Shown: positions 51,930 to 62,403 of the stretch, piece after piece
Numbering within the stretch: position 1 is the stretch's first letter
Layout: the number at the start of each line of letters is the position of its first letter
Assembly: GCA_963804995.1 (NCBI GenBank)
Contig: CAWDSK010000006.1
Coordinates: 544,001 to 608,000, forward strand
Length of the DNA stretch: 64,000 nt
Reading direction: 5' to 3'
Source of the DNA: an uncultured Acidobacteriota bacterium
GTDB taxonomy: Bacteria; Acidobacteriota; Terriglobia; UBA7540
Notes under the pieces: generated by a model
What the model saw: only the letters and a program-made list of their open reading frames with translations
Databases searched by the model: none
What the model was told of the DNA's origin: nothing
Position numbers and translations under genes: made by a program

Positions 51930-54767
51930 TCAGCCTGCCGACTCAATCTCCCGCAAGGCGAACGAGCAACGATCACACACTGTGGGGTATTGTGAGTCCT
52001 TCCCCACCTGCTCGGAATAATTCCAGCAGCGCTCACATTTCTGGCCAGAGGCCTTGTCGATTTTCACGCTCAGCCCCGGCAACCCGGTCACGAGTGCGCC
52101 TTCGACAGCCCGCTTCGTGATCTCCACCTGCGATACGATGAAGAGCCCGGGCAGGAAAGCGCGATACTCTTCCAGCAGGGGCAGCAGTTCTTCACCGACC
52201 GAGAGGCGGACCAGGGCTTCGAGAGAACCCCCAATGAATTTTTCCTGGCGAGCAATTTCCAGCGCCTTCAACACCTCATTGCGCACCGCGACCAGCCGCG
52301 GCCAATTCTCCAGGCGCTGCAAGTGGGATTCCGGAATGCCCGCGCGCAACTCAGCGGGAGCCAGGAACCTTGCCAAGTGCACGCTTTTTTCCCGTCCCGC
52401 GAGGGCGGGAAGGTGCGTCCAAACTTCCTCCGCAGTGAAGCTCAGGAGCGGCGCCAGGATACGCACCAACGCATCCGCAATCCGGTAAAGCGCGGTCTGG
52501 GCGGCCCTCCGGCGAACCGAACGCGCCGGCGAAGTGTAGAGGCGATCCTTCAAAATATCGAAATAAAACGCGCTCAAATCCACGGTGGCAAAGTCATACA
52601 CACCACGATAAACCTTGTGAAATGCGTAGTCGTTGTAGGAGGCCTCAGCCCGCTCCAGCAGTTCGGCCATACGCACCAGCACCCAACTATCAATCTCCTC
52701 GAACTGGCTCGCATCCACGGAGTCTTTCGCCGGATCAAAATCGTATAGGTTCCCGAGACAGTAGCGGAACGTATTGCGCAGCTTGCGATAAGCTTCGGAA
52801 AGGCGCGTCAGCATGTCCGGCGAGATTGAGACATCTTCGCCGAACTCAACCGAAGCCGCCCACAGGCGCAGGATCTCCGCCCCATGCGTCTTGATGACCT
52901 CCATGGGCTCAATTACGTTGCCAATCGATTTCGACATGGCTCGGCCCTGCGCATCCAGCACCCATCCATGCGTCAGCACCTGGTGGTAGGGCGCCCGGCC
53001 GTGCGTGCCGAGCGCCACGAGCAGCGAACTGTGGAACCAGCCGCGATACTGGTCGCCCGCTTCCAGATAGACGTCGGCAGGCCAGGGCAAATCCGGGCGG
53101 TAGCCCAGGACCGCATATTGACTGGACCCCGAGTCAAACCACACGTCGAGAATATCGGTTTCCCGGCGCAGATTGCTTCCACCGCATTGCGGGCAACGAG
53201 CCCCGGGCGGCAGAAGCTCCGCATCCGGATGGGCGTACCAGGCGTCCGCCCCTTCCTTGCGGAAAAGTTCGAGCGCATGCTTCGCCAAGTCGGCGTCCAT
53301 AATCGGTTTCTGGCAGTCCACGCAATGAAAGACCGTGATGGGCACACCCCACACGCGCTGCCTGGAAATGCACCAATCCGGGCGCTCCGCGATCATGTTG
53401 GAGATTCGATCTTCGCCCCAGGCGGGGACCCACTTGGTCTTTTTGATTTCATCCAGGGCGCGCTGGCGCAGCCCCTGGTGGTCAATGTCGATGAACCATT
53501 GCTCTGCGGCGCGAAAGATAATCGGCTTGTGGCACCGCCAGCAATGGGGATAGGAATGCGTAAGCGAACCGGCTTGCCCCACCAGCACGCCGCGCGATTT
53601 CAGCAATTCCACGATGGGCTGGTTGGCATCGAAAACTCTCTTGCCGACATACTCAGGCAGACCCTCCGTGATTTTCCCCGACTCGTCCACCGGGCAGTAA
53701 ATATCGATGCCGTATTGCACGCCCGTTTGATAATCCTCGCGCCCATGGCCGGGAGCCGTATGCACGCAACCGGTCCCATCTTCCGCGGTCACATAAGTTG
53801 CCAGCACTCCCAGGAGATCGCGTTCGAGGAAGGGATGTTGAATCTTGATCCGGTCGAGCTTCTTGCCCGGAAGGCGTGCCAGGACGTTCGAAGCCTTGAG
53901 CCCGGTCTCCTCCACCACCGGCCCCTGTCGCCGGCTTTCCAGAATGTAGGCATCGCCTCGGGGATCGTCATCGCCCGCCACCACGTATTCAAAATCGGGA
54001 TGGAAGGCCACCGCCATACTAGCCGGGAGTGTCCAGGGAGTAGTGGTCCAGATCACGACCCAGAGCTTGCGTCCCTTAAGCGCGGGGTCGAGCGCGGCCG
54101 GGTCGGTCAGCACGGGGTAGCGCACGTAGATCGACGGACTGCGATCTTCTTCGTATTCCACCTCTGCTTCCGCCAGCGCGGTCTTGTCCGTGATGCACCA
54201 GTAAACGGATTTCCGCCCGCGATAGACGTAACCGCCGCGCAGGAAAGCCAGAAAGGCTTCCGCAATGCGCGCCTCATATTCAAAGCCCATGGTGAGGTAG
54301 GGCTTCTCCCACTCACCAAAAACTCCCAGGCGAATAAAATCCTGGCGCTGTATGTCCACGTACTTTTCTGCGTACTTGCGGCAGGCGCGCCGAACCTCCA
54401 CAGTGCTCATCTGCGCCTTGCGCGGGCCCAGTTCCTTGTCGACATTGATTTCAATCGGTAACCCGTGGCAGTCCCAACCCGGCAGGTAGGGTGCGTTGAA
54501 ACCCTCCAGCGTCTTCATCTTCACAATGAAGTCTTTCAGGATTTTATTGAGCGTGGTCCCAAGGTGGATGCGGCCGTTCGCATACGGAGGCCCATCGTGC
54601 AGCGTGAATAACGGCGCACTTTGCCGCGCGGCACGAATCTGATTGTAGAGACCTTCCTTCGCCCACCGGGCAAGCCACTTGGGCTCGTTCTGCGGCAGGT
54701 TGGCCTTCATTGAGAATTCGGTTTTGGGGAGATTGATTGTGTGCTTTAGATCCGGACTCTTCTGCAT
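51930..54767 (-). CDS. ileS: Isoleucine--tRNA ligase (type 1)
   Basis: HDGPPYANG.IHLG, GWDCHGLP, WCISRQR.WG, AMSKS, CERCW zinc finger. Confidence 0.97.
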   Translation of the reverse strand: MQKSPDLKHTINLPKTEFSMKANLPQNEPKWLARWAKEGLYNQIRAARQSAPLFTLHDGPPYANGRIHLGTTLNKILKDFIVKMKTLEGFNAPYLPGWDCHGLPIEINVDKELGPRKAQMSTVEVRRACRKYAEKYVDIQRQDFIRLGVFGEWEKPYLTMGFEYEARIAEAFLAFLRGGYVYRGRKSVYWCITDKTALAEAEVEYEEDRSPSIYVRYPVLTDPAALDPALKGRKLWVVIWTTTPWTLPASMAVAFHPDFEYVVAGDDDPRGDAYILESRRQGPVVEETGLKASNVLARLPGKKLDRIKIQHPFLERDLLGVLATYVTAEDGTGCVHTAPGHGREDYQTGVQYGIDIYCPVDESGKITEGLPEYVGKRVFDANQPIVELLKSRGVLVGQAGSLTHSYPHCWRCHKPIIFRAAEQWFIDIDHQGLRQRALDEIKKTKWVPAWGEDRISNMIAERPDWCISRQRVWGVPITVFHCVDCQKPIMDADLAKHALELFRKEGADAWYAHPDAELLPPGARCPQCGGSNLRRETDILDVWFDSGSSQYAVLGYRPDLPWPADVYLEAGDQYRGWFHSSLLVALGTHGRAPYHQVLTHGWVLDAQGRAMSKSIGNVIEPMEVIKTHGAEILRLWAASVEFGEDVSISPDMLTRLSEAYRKLRNTFRYCLGNLYDFDPAKDSVDASQFEEIDSWVLVRMAELLERAEASYNDYAFHKVYRGVYDFATVDLSAFYFDILKDRLYTSPARSVRRRAAQTALYRIADALVRILAPLLSFTAEEVWTHLPALAGREKSVHLARFLAPAELRAGIPESHLQRLENWPRLVAVRNEVLKALEIARQEKFIGGSLEALVRLSVGEELLPLLEEYRAFLPGLFIVSQVEITKRAVEGALVTGLPGLSVKIDKASGQKCERCWNYSEQVGKDSQYPTVCDRCSFALREIESAG

Positions 54768-54926
54768 GCACCCTCCGTCGTGAGGATAAACAAGCCATTA
54801 TAGAGAACGGTGGAAGGAAGTGTCTAGCGGAGAGGGGATTCGGGTATCACGATGGGATCTCAAACAACAACCGGCAAGCAAAAATTCACTACAATATCTG
54901 CCGCGCTGATCCGTCTACACGAATAG

Positions 54927-55514
54927 ATGAAGGACGCGCTCAGCATCGAGTCGATGACCGAAGAGCAAAACGACCGGATCTCGACGGTAATCACGCGGGA
55001 ACAATCCCGCCTGCGCAACTTCATCCGCAAGCGCGTTGAAAACGAAAGTGACGCGGAAGACATCCTGCAAGAGGTTTTCTACGAACTGGTGCAGGCTTAT
55101 CGGCTGATGAGGCCTGTAGAGCAAGTAGGCGCGTGGCTGTTCCGGGTCGCCCGGAATCGCATCACCGACCTCTTCCGCAAGCGCAGGCCTGAGTCATGGC
55201 AAGGCCAGCCTGAAAGAGAGGCGGAAGATGGTGAGGAGCTTTTCTTGGAAGACCTTCTGCCCTCGCCCGAAGCCGGCCCCGAGGCGGCCTACGCACGTGA
55301 GGTACTGCTCGAAGAACTTGACGCGGCTCTGGACGAACTGCCGGCGGAACAGCGCGAAGTGTTTATCGCCCATGAATTCGAGGGACGGAGTTTCAACGAC
55401 CTGGCGGCGGAAATGGGTGTGGGCGTGAATACCCTGCTTTCCCGCAAGCATTACGCAGTGCTTCATTTGCGCCGGCGCTTGCGCGCCATCTACGACGAAT
55501 TTACAAAAGCATGA
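54927..55514 (+). CDS. ECF sigma-70 factor
   Basis: DAEDILQEVF, AWLFRVARN, NTLLSRKHYAV. Confidence 0.92.
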   Translation: MKDALSIESMTEEQNDRISTVITREQSRLRNFIRKRVENESDAEDILQEVFYELVQAYRLMRPVEQVGAWLFRVARNRITDLFRKRRPESWQGQPEREAEDGEELFLEDLLPSPEAGPEAAYAREVLLEELDAALDELPAEQREVFIAHEFEGRSFNDLAAEMGVGVNTLLSRKHYAVLHLRRRLRAIYDEFTKA

Positions 55515-55858
55515 GGAGACCCAGCATGAGAGGGAAATGGATATTGAGAGGTTTGAAAATCGCGTTGTTCGTGGCGCTTGCCGCCACGGTGTTCAGCTTC
55601 GTCGTCATGCAGCTCTGGAACTGGCTGATGCCGGTCATCTTCGGCCTGCACCTGATCAGTTTCTGGCAAGCCCTCGGCCTGCTGGTGCTGAGTAAGATTC
55701 TCTTTAGCGGCTTCCGTGGGCGGCCCGCCTTCGCCATGCATTGGCGGCAACGTATGATCGAGCGTTGGGAGCAGATGACTCCGGAAGAACGGGAAAAGTT
55801 CCGAGCCGGCATGCGCGCGGGCTGCGGCCACCCCGATCCCCCCACGACTCAGGCTTAG
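55511..55858 (+). CDS. Small membrane protein coupled to the ECF sigma (possible anti-sigma)
   Basis: ATGA overlap; LWNWLMP..FGL..ISFWQALGLLVLSKILF; MTPEEREKF. Confidence 0.8.
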   Translation: MRRPSMRGKWILRGLKIALFVALAATVFSFVVMQLWNWLMPVIFGLHLISFWQALGLLVLSKILFSGFRGRPAFAMHWRQRMIERWEQMTPEEREKFRAGMRAGCGHPDPPTTQA

Positions 55859-55930
55859 AAGGACGGGTCCTAATGCGGCGGATGCGCTACTCAGTTCGAG
55901 AGCGCCGCCGGTTGCGTAGGGGGGACGGGC

Positions 55931-58900
55931 CATAGGCGTTAAAATAAGCCCGACTGAAGGTGCATCGCATTCCTACGCGCTGGCTATTACTAGCCAGGTG
56001 ATTTGTTTCCGAGTGCCCGTCATCCGCCCGGAATGCGTAATTGTAACCAGACTCGTCGATAATCGCTAGCCGACCAGCGGGGATCTATTGCTTTTTCAGG
56101 ATACCTATACACGACCGCCCAATTTCCGATATGGCGACTTACCGTCAAAGTGAACTGCGATACGAAATCCCATGCCGCGCGTAGTCGTAGCATATCGTCC
56201 ACAACTTCTTCTTGCTGCGTTCCTCCCCACTTGTCTGGGCATGCTATGATTTCGGTTAGATGACAGAGAAATCCCAAGGGCCAGACTACCGGAAATTCAG
56301 GCCGTCCGAATTCATGAGGGCGCGACGACCCCACCTGTTCTCCGACAGCGAGGTGATCGAGCAGGCTCAGCTTGATCCTACGACCTTTGAATACCATCTC
56401 GACACGCTTACTTCCCGAAAGCAGGAACTCGATTTTGAAGGATTCGCCCGCAAGCTGGCTGAAAAAGAAATTTGCCCCAATATTCGACCCCAGACAGGAC
56501 CCACAGGGGGTGGCGATAGCAAGGTCGATTCCGAGACATACCCAGTCTCTCCAGAGATCTCGGATCGCCTGTACTACGCGGATCCAGAGGGCCGCGACGC
56601 TGCGAATGAACGATGGGCATTTGCGTTCAGCGCAAAGGAGGAGTGGCGAGCCAAGGCTATCTCCGACGTCAAGGCCATTGCCGGCACGGGACGGGGTTAT
56701 ACGAAGGCATTTTTTATCACCAGCCGGTTCGCCAAAGACAAGAATCGTGCTGATCTCGAAGACAAGCTCACCAAAGAATACGGGCTCGATGTGCGGATAC
56801 TCGACCGCACCTGGATTGTTACGAAGGTCTTTGAGAACGGGCGCGAAAGACTGGCAATAGAGAACCTAAAGTGTACCGTACCATTGGTTCCAACCCCGAA
56901 GAAAGGGCCGCGCGACCTATCGCGTGAGGCCGAACTGAAGGAACTCGAAGAGCAAATCACCGATCCCAGTCGCTATGTAGGGCTGAGCTACCAACTGGTT
57001 GAGGATGCGTTGCAGGCCGCGCTGCTTGCGCGTGGAATTGAGCTTCCTCGCGCGGAAGTGGAGGCTAAATTCGAGCGTGCGGTTCACCTCGCCGAGAAAC
57101 AAGGCATAAATCAGCAGCAGCTTCGCTGCGCATACAACAAGGCATGGACTTATTTTTGGTGGTATGAAGATTTTCCCTCCTTTATCGGGGCCTACGACAC
57201 CGTTGAGGCGCTTGCACGGGAAAGCTCTCAAGTATCTGATATTGAACTCCTCCAAAACCTGTGGGAACTCCTCTACGCTAGCGCAAAGACCGGAACGTGC
57301 GGTCCAGTCGATGCGCGAACTGATGAGCGCACGGCCACGTTGAGGTCAGCGCTTGAGGCTATTCTAGCGGACACGACACGGCCGAACGCGTCGCTGCGGG
57401 CGCGAGCGAGTCTGCTCCTAATGGATCTCTCGGTCGCCTACGATAAGCCCGAGAAGCTAAAGGAGGTATTTCGAGCGTTTCGCGGTGTTTTCGAAAAAAG
57501 TAAGGGGCTTATCGACTTCCCAGCGAAGCATTTCGTGAAACTGCTCATGGAATTGAGCGATCTTCTGCCTGACGATGAGGAATTCGATGTTACGTTCGAA
57601 TCGGCAATTGAAGTGGCACGCGAGCGCGAGAGCCAGACCGTTTCAGGACGAATGCTCCTCAGGCGGGGCCGCCAGAAACTACAGAGCGGAAAACCATATG
57701 AGGCCATCCGCCTGCTCGGCAGGGCCCAGCAGGATTTGGCGCTCGAGGAGGCTCGCGGAGAAATGGTTATGGCCCTCGGGCTGTGCGGGGCAGCTTACGA
57801 GACCGCAGGACTATTGTGGGCTGCTCGCGGCTGTTTGCTCCTGGCAGTCAATCAATCTCTGAAGGAATTTTGGGAGGAGGGGGAAATAGTTCGGCCCGCA
57901 CTCATCTGCCTGCGCAAAATCATCTGGCTCGAATTACAGCTGGGCCGTGTCCCATGTGTCCTTGCATGGGCCGAGAACTTCCTTATGATGAATAGCGCGA
58001 TCGAACATGATCCTGAAGCACAGAGGCAGCTAGCGGAGGAGTGGACCAATCTCGATGGCGTCCTCGGTCTTCTGCTCCTAAGGACGGACCTCAGAGACCT
58101 CAGGGATCTCGGGTCCCTTCCGACGGTGCTGGAGAAATTTCACCTGGACGGCTCCTGGATGGCTTTGCTTTATGCATTGGGCTATGAGGATAAGCTCCGT
58201 ACCGACAAGGTCATCCCGGTCGATGAGAGTCCAGGAAGCGTCGCAGCGTTCTTCGACAAGTGGTTAAGCCAACCGGCCGGAAACGACCTGCCCTCCGTCC
58301 CTGAATTCATTGACCGGCGTACGGTTGAACTGCGCTCAACTGTCTTAGGCTGTGAGATCCTCGCGACTGTCTCGAACAACAACGAATCGCTGTTCCTGGC
58401 CGAAGGGATACTGGCCGGCGTCGAATCATTTCTGGCGACGAGCTTGGATTTCGCGCTTGTGCCCCACGCTTCGCGCATACATCTCCGGGTCACTCCGTCC
58501 GATTTCCTGGATCAGGTGATCGAGTTCACCGTCAAGTCGGCTCCGCATACCATTATCGATGTCCAACACCGAAAGGACAGCTTGGCGGCCGCGGAGGTCA
58601 CTAGCGCTTTCAAAGACAAACTAGTAGAGATTATTAGCTGGGTCGCGGCACACATCGCGATACCAGCTGAGCCAAGTCTGAGGCATTTGGAGGTTCTAAT
58701 CAGGGACGAACGCGCGCTTGGCAGGGCCATTCTGATCGCCGGGATTGGGACCCTGATCGGTAACGCTTTGGGCGCTAAGCCTAAAATTCGCATTTCGGAC
58801 TGGACCTCGGCGGGAGACCAGGGCGAGAGCTTTCCCCTGCTTCGGACAGAGCCGTGGAGCCATGCGCGGCTGCTAGGCGACTCCGAAGCTGAGAGGGTGC

Positions 58901-60020
58901 CCCCGAGTCCTGGAGTTGGGGAGCCCCCGGCCGAACTGTTCAACGTGGAGAGCCTAAAGCATAGGGATCGAAGGGTGTTCTCCATTATCAACCTTGACCT
59001 CTGGGAAAAGGCTCGTTGGGCCGGTACGGGCTATATCTTCCCGATGGAGACAGACTCAGACGAACCGCCGTACCTGACCTTAATTTTCGAAAACCTCCCA
59101 GCCGCAGAGACTATCTTCCAGGGATGGTTGGAGGAGGTTGGTCCAAGAGATTCCAATGAGAGGATTAGGGTATCCATCATTACGGGGATCAGCATCGAAA
59201 ATCCTGCTCGCTACCGCGTGGTACTAGGATCAAACCCCGACTGGAGCACGATCGCCCCCATGAGCCATTTCGTCATGACATATCGTATTAACACGATGAA
59301 CCCGGCGACCTCGGCAAACTTAGATCGCTTCTTGGAAGCGTATAACGCCCAAAAAAAGTACATGCTCGTTCCAGGCGAGGCGGAGCCGAGCGGGATGGGG
59401 CGTATTGCGCCAGGGCTCGGAATCCTCAAGCACGAGTTGCTTGTCCGCCCAGCTTGGCAGATAGGCGAACATGACCCGGACATCTGCGGCATCGACCTGG
59501 ACGACAAGGTAATTATCCCAGACGGTGTTAAAGACGCTCCGGTTCTCGCAGCGATGGCGAGAAAAAAAGAGACTAGAAGCTGAACCCAATTCATGGCGAA
59601 CGGATGCCACGACTCTCAAACCTAATCGCAAGATGGGCCGAAATGAACTTTGCTACTGTGGAAGCGGCAAGAAATACAAGAAATGCCATGGAATATAGAG
59701 CTCGGCTTATCCACATTCACGCCGGTTCCGCTCGCTGGAACATACAGATCCCTAATGTTCACCGATAATTCTCGCATCGCTGATCTCTTTGCCCGCTGGT
59801 GCGGTCGAAATCAATCCACAATGACGTGTAACGGCCTATGCGCGGATGTGGCGCCCGCTGGTTCCGGGCGGATGGTCTGACGCTCGGAAACAATGAGAGC
59901 GCTCGCATTGATGCACAGCCGCCTACACGGGAAGTGCTGACATTCCGGAACATGGACTTCTTCTCGAAGCATGCACCTTGGTCCTGCCAGAACAGTGCGG
60001 CGCCTATTTTAACGCCTATG
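55931..60020. mobile_element. Non-autonomous IS-end-bounded cassette (IS4-family-like ends)
   Basis: TIR CATAGGCGTTAAAATA(A/G)GC at both ends; exact 11-bp direct repeat GGGGGACGGGC at 55920-55930 and 60021-60031. Confidence 0.88.
56260..59583 (+). CDS. 1107-aa protein with N-terminal restriction-endonuclease-like region and helical/TPR-like repeats
   Basis: FEGFARKL...GGGDSKVD...AFSAK...FITSR...ILDRTWI resembles the Mrr-type PD-(D/E)xK layout; helical central region. Confidence 0.75.
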   Translation: MTEKSQGPDYRKFRPSEFMRARRPHLFSDSEVIEQAQLDPTTFEYHLDTLTSRKQELDFEGFARKLAEKEICPNIRPQTGPTGGGDSKVDSETYPVSPEISDRLYYADPEGRDAANERWAFAFSAKEEWRAKAISDVKAIAGTGRGYTKAFFITSRFAKDKNRADLEDKLTKEYGLDVRILDRTWIVTKVFENGRERLAIENLKCTVPLVPTPKKGPRDLSREAELKELEEQITDPSRYVGLSYQLVEDALQAALLARGIELPRAEVEAKFERAVHLAEKQGINQQQLRCAYNKAWTYFWWYEDFPSFIGAYDTVEALARESSQVSDIELLQNLWELLYASAKTGTCGPVDARTDERTATLRSALEAILADTTRPNASLRARASLLLMDLSVAYDKPEKLKEVFRAFRGVFEKSKGLIDFPAKHFVKLLMELSDLLPDDEEFDVTFESAIEVARERESQTVSGRMLLRRGRQKLQSGKPYEAIRLLGRAQQDLALEEARGEMVMALGLCGAAYETAGLLWAARGCLLLAVNQSLKEFWEEGEIVRPALICLRKIIWLELQLGRVPCVLAWAENFLMMNSAIEHDPEAQRQLAEEWTNLDGVLGLLLLRTDLRDLRDLGSLPTVLEKFHLDGSWMALLYALGYEDKLRTDKVIPVDESPGSVAAFFDKWLSQPAGNDLPSVPEFIDRRTVELRSTVLGCEILATVSNNNESLFLAEGILAGVESFLATSLDFALVPHASRIHLRVTPSDFLDQVIEFTVKSAPHTIIDVQHRKDSLAAAEVTSAFKDKLVEIISWVAAHIAIPAEPSLRHLEVLIRDERALGRAILIAGIGTLIGNALGAKPKIRISDWTSAGDQGESFPLLRTEPWSHARLLGDSEAERVPPSPGVGEPPAELFNVESLKHRDRRVFSIINLDLWEKARWAGTGYIFPMETDSDEPPYLTLIFENLPAAETIFQGWLEEVGPRDSNERIRVSIITGISIENPARYRVVLGSNPDWSTIAPMSHFVMTYRINTMNPATSANLDRFLEAYNAQKKYMLVPGEAEPSGMGRIAPGLGILKHELLVRPAWQIGEHDPDICGIDLDDKVIIPDGVKDAPVLAAMARKKETRS

Positions 60021-60103
60021 GGGGGACGGGCCCACTCGTCGGGCGGCAATGTGTCCCCTCACCCACCGTCACTGCGGCGATCATGGGCCGGAGATCTTAC
60101 CGC

Positions 60104-60163
60104 TTGACAAGGCTTTTTCCCGGGTTTACATTGGCCTTTGAAAAATGACTGACTGGTCAGTCA
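60104..60163 (+). promoter_or_regulatory. sigma-70 promoter plus TetR-type operator
   Basis: TTGACA-17-TACATT (60104-60132); palindrome TGACTGAC-TG-GTCAGTCA (60146-60163). Confidence 0.8.
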
Positions 60164-60180
60164 GAAAGGGTCCAGACGGG

Positions 60181-60831
60181 ATGACGACGAAACGAAAGGT
60201 GCGCGCCAACGCCTCCAAACCCTTACCCCGAGGCCGCCAACCCAAGGCCGAGCGTCAGGAGCAGATCCTGGCGGCTGCGTTTGAGGAATTCTCGCTCCAC
60301 GGGTACGCGGCCACACGTCTGGACGATGTCGCCCGGCGCGCGGGCATCGCCAAGGGCACGATCTATCTCTATTTTCAGGACAAGGAACGTCTCTTTCGGG
60401 CCGCCGTCCGCAGTCTGATTCAAAAGCGAATGGACGTAGTCGTGGGCACTTTAAGCGGGCCTGCGGAGCAACTCCTGCGCGAGCTGTTATCCAGGATGTA
60501 TCTCCAGGTGGTGAGAAACGACCGGGCCCGGGCCATCGTTCGCATGCTGGTGGCGGAGAGCGGAAAGTTCCCGCAACTTTCAGGCATTTACCATCGCGAG
60601 GTCATTGCCCCGGGGATGAAGGCGATGCGCATGGTGCTCGAGAGGGGCATCGCGGCGGGCGAATTTCGCAAAACGGCGGCCGTGGAGTTTCCGCAGATCC
60701 TCGCCGCCCCGGGAATCATGGCCATCCTGTGGAGATTGCTTCACGGAGATCGCTATCGCCTAGACCTGGATGCGTACATGAAAGCGCACATCGAGCTGGT
60801 TTTGGGCAGCTTGCGCCAGGAGCATTCGTGA
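60181..60831 (+). CDS. TetR/AcrR family regulator
   Basis: ILAAAFEEF...GY...DDVARRAGIAKGTIYLYF.DKE. Confidence 0.93.
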   Translation: MTTKRKVRANASKPLPRGRQPKAERQEQILAAAFEEFSLHGYAATRLDDVARRAGIAKGTIYLYFQDKERLFRAAVRSLIQKRMDVVVGTLSGPAEQLLRELLSRMYLQVVRNDRARAIVRMLVAESGKFPQLSGIYHREVIAPGMKAMRMVLERGIAAGEFRKTAAVEFPQILAAPGIMAILWRLLHGDRYRLDLDAYMKAHIELVLGSLRQEHS

Positions 60832-60836
60832 AGCTC

Positions 60837-60958
60837 CTGGCGTAGTGTCCGGTAATTAACTGGATAACGTAGCGCCGCCATCTTGGCGGCAATTGCCGGC
60901 AGGATGCCGGCGCTACGGCTAGGACGATTGTCCAGCCATTTCCTGGACACTCCACTAG
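60837..60958. mobile_element. MITE-like element with degenerate CTAGTG.AGTGTCC TIRs enclosing a GTAG REP doublet
   Basis: CTGGCGTAGTGTCCGGTAA vs reverse-complemented CTAGTGGAGTGTCCAGGAA; inner GTAGCGCCG...CGGCGCTAC at 60869-60916. Confidence 0.6.
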
Positions 60959-60991
60959 CGCTCAGAGCCCGCTGAGTAGAGGAGAGAACCC

Positions 60992-62335
60992 ATGAGGGTG
61001 AATCCGGGATGGGTCACGTTGCTGGTATTGGCGTCGTTCGCGGCCGTGAGCCCGGCAGGTGCGCAGCAGGTGACACCGCAGAGGCTGACGATCGAGGACG
61101 CGGTGGGTCTGGCGCTGAAGAAGAACTTGAGCGTGCGGGTGTCTGGTACTCAGGTGGAGGAATCGGCGGGCACGCTTGAAAGGCGGCGCTCTTCCCTGCT
61201 CCCGCACGTCAACGGGAACGCTCTAGCCAACCGCGAAGATATCGATCTGGCCGCCATGGGAATTTCCTTTCCCGGGGCTCCTTCCGTTGTCGGGCCGTTC
61301 GCTCATTATGATTTTCGAGTGTCAGCGAGCCAAACCTTGATCAACCGTCAGGCCTACCATAGTTGGAAGGCGAGCGAGAGACAGGAGCAGGCTGCGAAGC
61401 TCGATTATCAGGACGCGCGTGACTTGGTGGTCCGGCAAACCGCCGCGCTATATCTCGATGCCCAGGCTGCGGCCGCGGAAATTGAAAGCGCCGAATCCCG
61501 CGTCAAGACCTCGGCGGCACTGGAGAAGCTGGCGCGCGACCAACACACCGCGGGGTTGGCAACGGCCGTGGATGAGGTTCGCGCCCAGGTGCAATTGGCG
61601 CGTGACCAGCAGAACCAGCTTGTGGCACGGGACAATTTCCAGACATCCTTGCTGGTCCTTGCGCACTTTCTGGGCTTAAGCCCCGGAACGCCGCTGGAAT
61701 TGGCCGAACCGCTGAACTTCCATCATGTCGAAACGCCGGACGTTGCTCAAACGCTCCCCGGGGCGCTTCAGGCACGCGCTGACTATCGGGCGCTGCTGAT
61801 GCAGAAGGATTCACTCATGGAGCAGCAAAAAGCTTCGCGGGCCCGCTATCTGCCGACCCTCACTCTCAACGGGGATTACGGGGCGATCGGGCGCCAATTC
61901 GGCACCCTGGCAGGCACGGGGGAAGTCCAGGGAACCGTTACCGTAACCTTATTCGATCGGGACCGCAGCGGAGAACAGAAGGAGTTGGAGAGCCGGGTGA
62001 AACGCCTTGGCGCCCAGCTCGATGACCTGAGCCAGGGGATCGAGCAGGAACTGCGCAAGGCGGTATTGGACCTCGAATCCACGGAGAGCCAGGTGACGGT
62101 CACGGTGGCCGCCCAGAATCTGGCGGAGCGCGAGCTGGCACTGGCCCAAGACCGTTTCCGTAATGGCGTGACAGATAACATTGAGGTGGTGACAGCGCAG
62201 AGCACGCTCGCGGGCGCGCAGGATGATCACATCGGGGCGCTGGCACGCCATGCCGATGCGGTCATGGCCTTGGTGCGCGCCCTGGGGGGAAACGAAAAGA
62301 CTTACCGAGCGTACCTCGGTGAACCTGAACATTGA
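60992..62335 (+). CDS. TolC-family outer membrane efflux protein
   Basis: Signal peptide; LT.EDAV.LAL..N; two OEP repeats; LVRALG. Confidence 0.92.
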   Translation: MRVNPGWVTLLVLASFAAVSPAGAQQVTPQRLTIEDAVGLALKKNLSVRVSGTQVEESAGTLERRRSSLLPHVNGNALANREDIDLAAMGISFPGAPSVVGPFAHYDFRVSASQTLINRQAYHSWKASERQEQAAKLDYQDARDLVVRQTAALYLDAQAAAAEIESAESRVKTSAALEKLARDQHTAGLATAVDEVRAQVQLARDQQNQLVARDNFQTSLLVLAHFLGLSPGTPLELAEPLNFHHVETPDVAQTLPGALQARADYRALLMQKDSLMEQQKASRARYLPTLTLNGDYGAIGRQFGTLAGTGEVQGTVTVTLFDRDRSGEQKELESRVKRLGAQLDDLSQGIEQELRKAVLDLESTESQVTVTVAAQNLAERELALAQDRFRNGVTDNIEVVTAQSTLAGAQDDHIGALARHADAVMALVRALGGNEKTYRAYLGEPEH

Positions 62336-62403
62336 GCACTCGAAATTCGAAACTCGGTCCGCATTTCGAGTTTCGATTCTTCTGCGGCAGAGGTAAAACA
62401 GCC

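Noticed and set aside
52884..54461. Long antisense ORFs (also 48522-49985, 43066-44277, 6628-7677, 10632-11342)
   Set aside because: Shadow frames of well-supported genes in GC-rich DNA, with no recognisable motifs.
59590..60020. Possible transposase remnant inside the right end of the cassette
   Set aside because: The short ORFs show no DDE motifs that I can recognise; a tBLASTx search is needed to settle it.
60145..60180. Upstream ATG start for TetR
   Set aside because: It overlaps the palindromic operator just after the predicted TSS, so ATG 60181 is more plausible.
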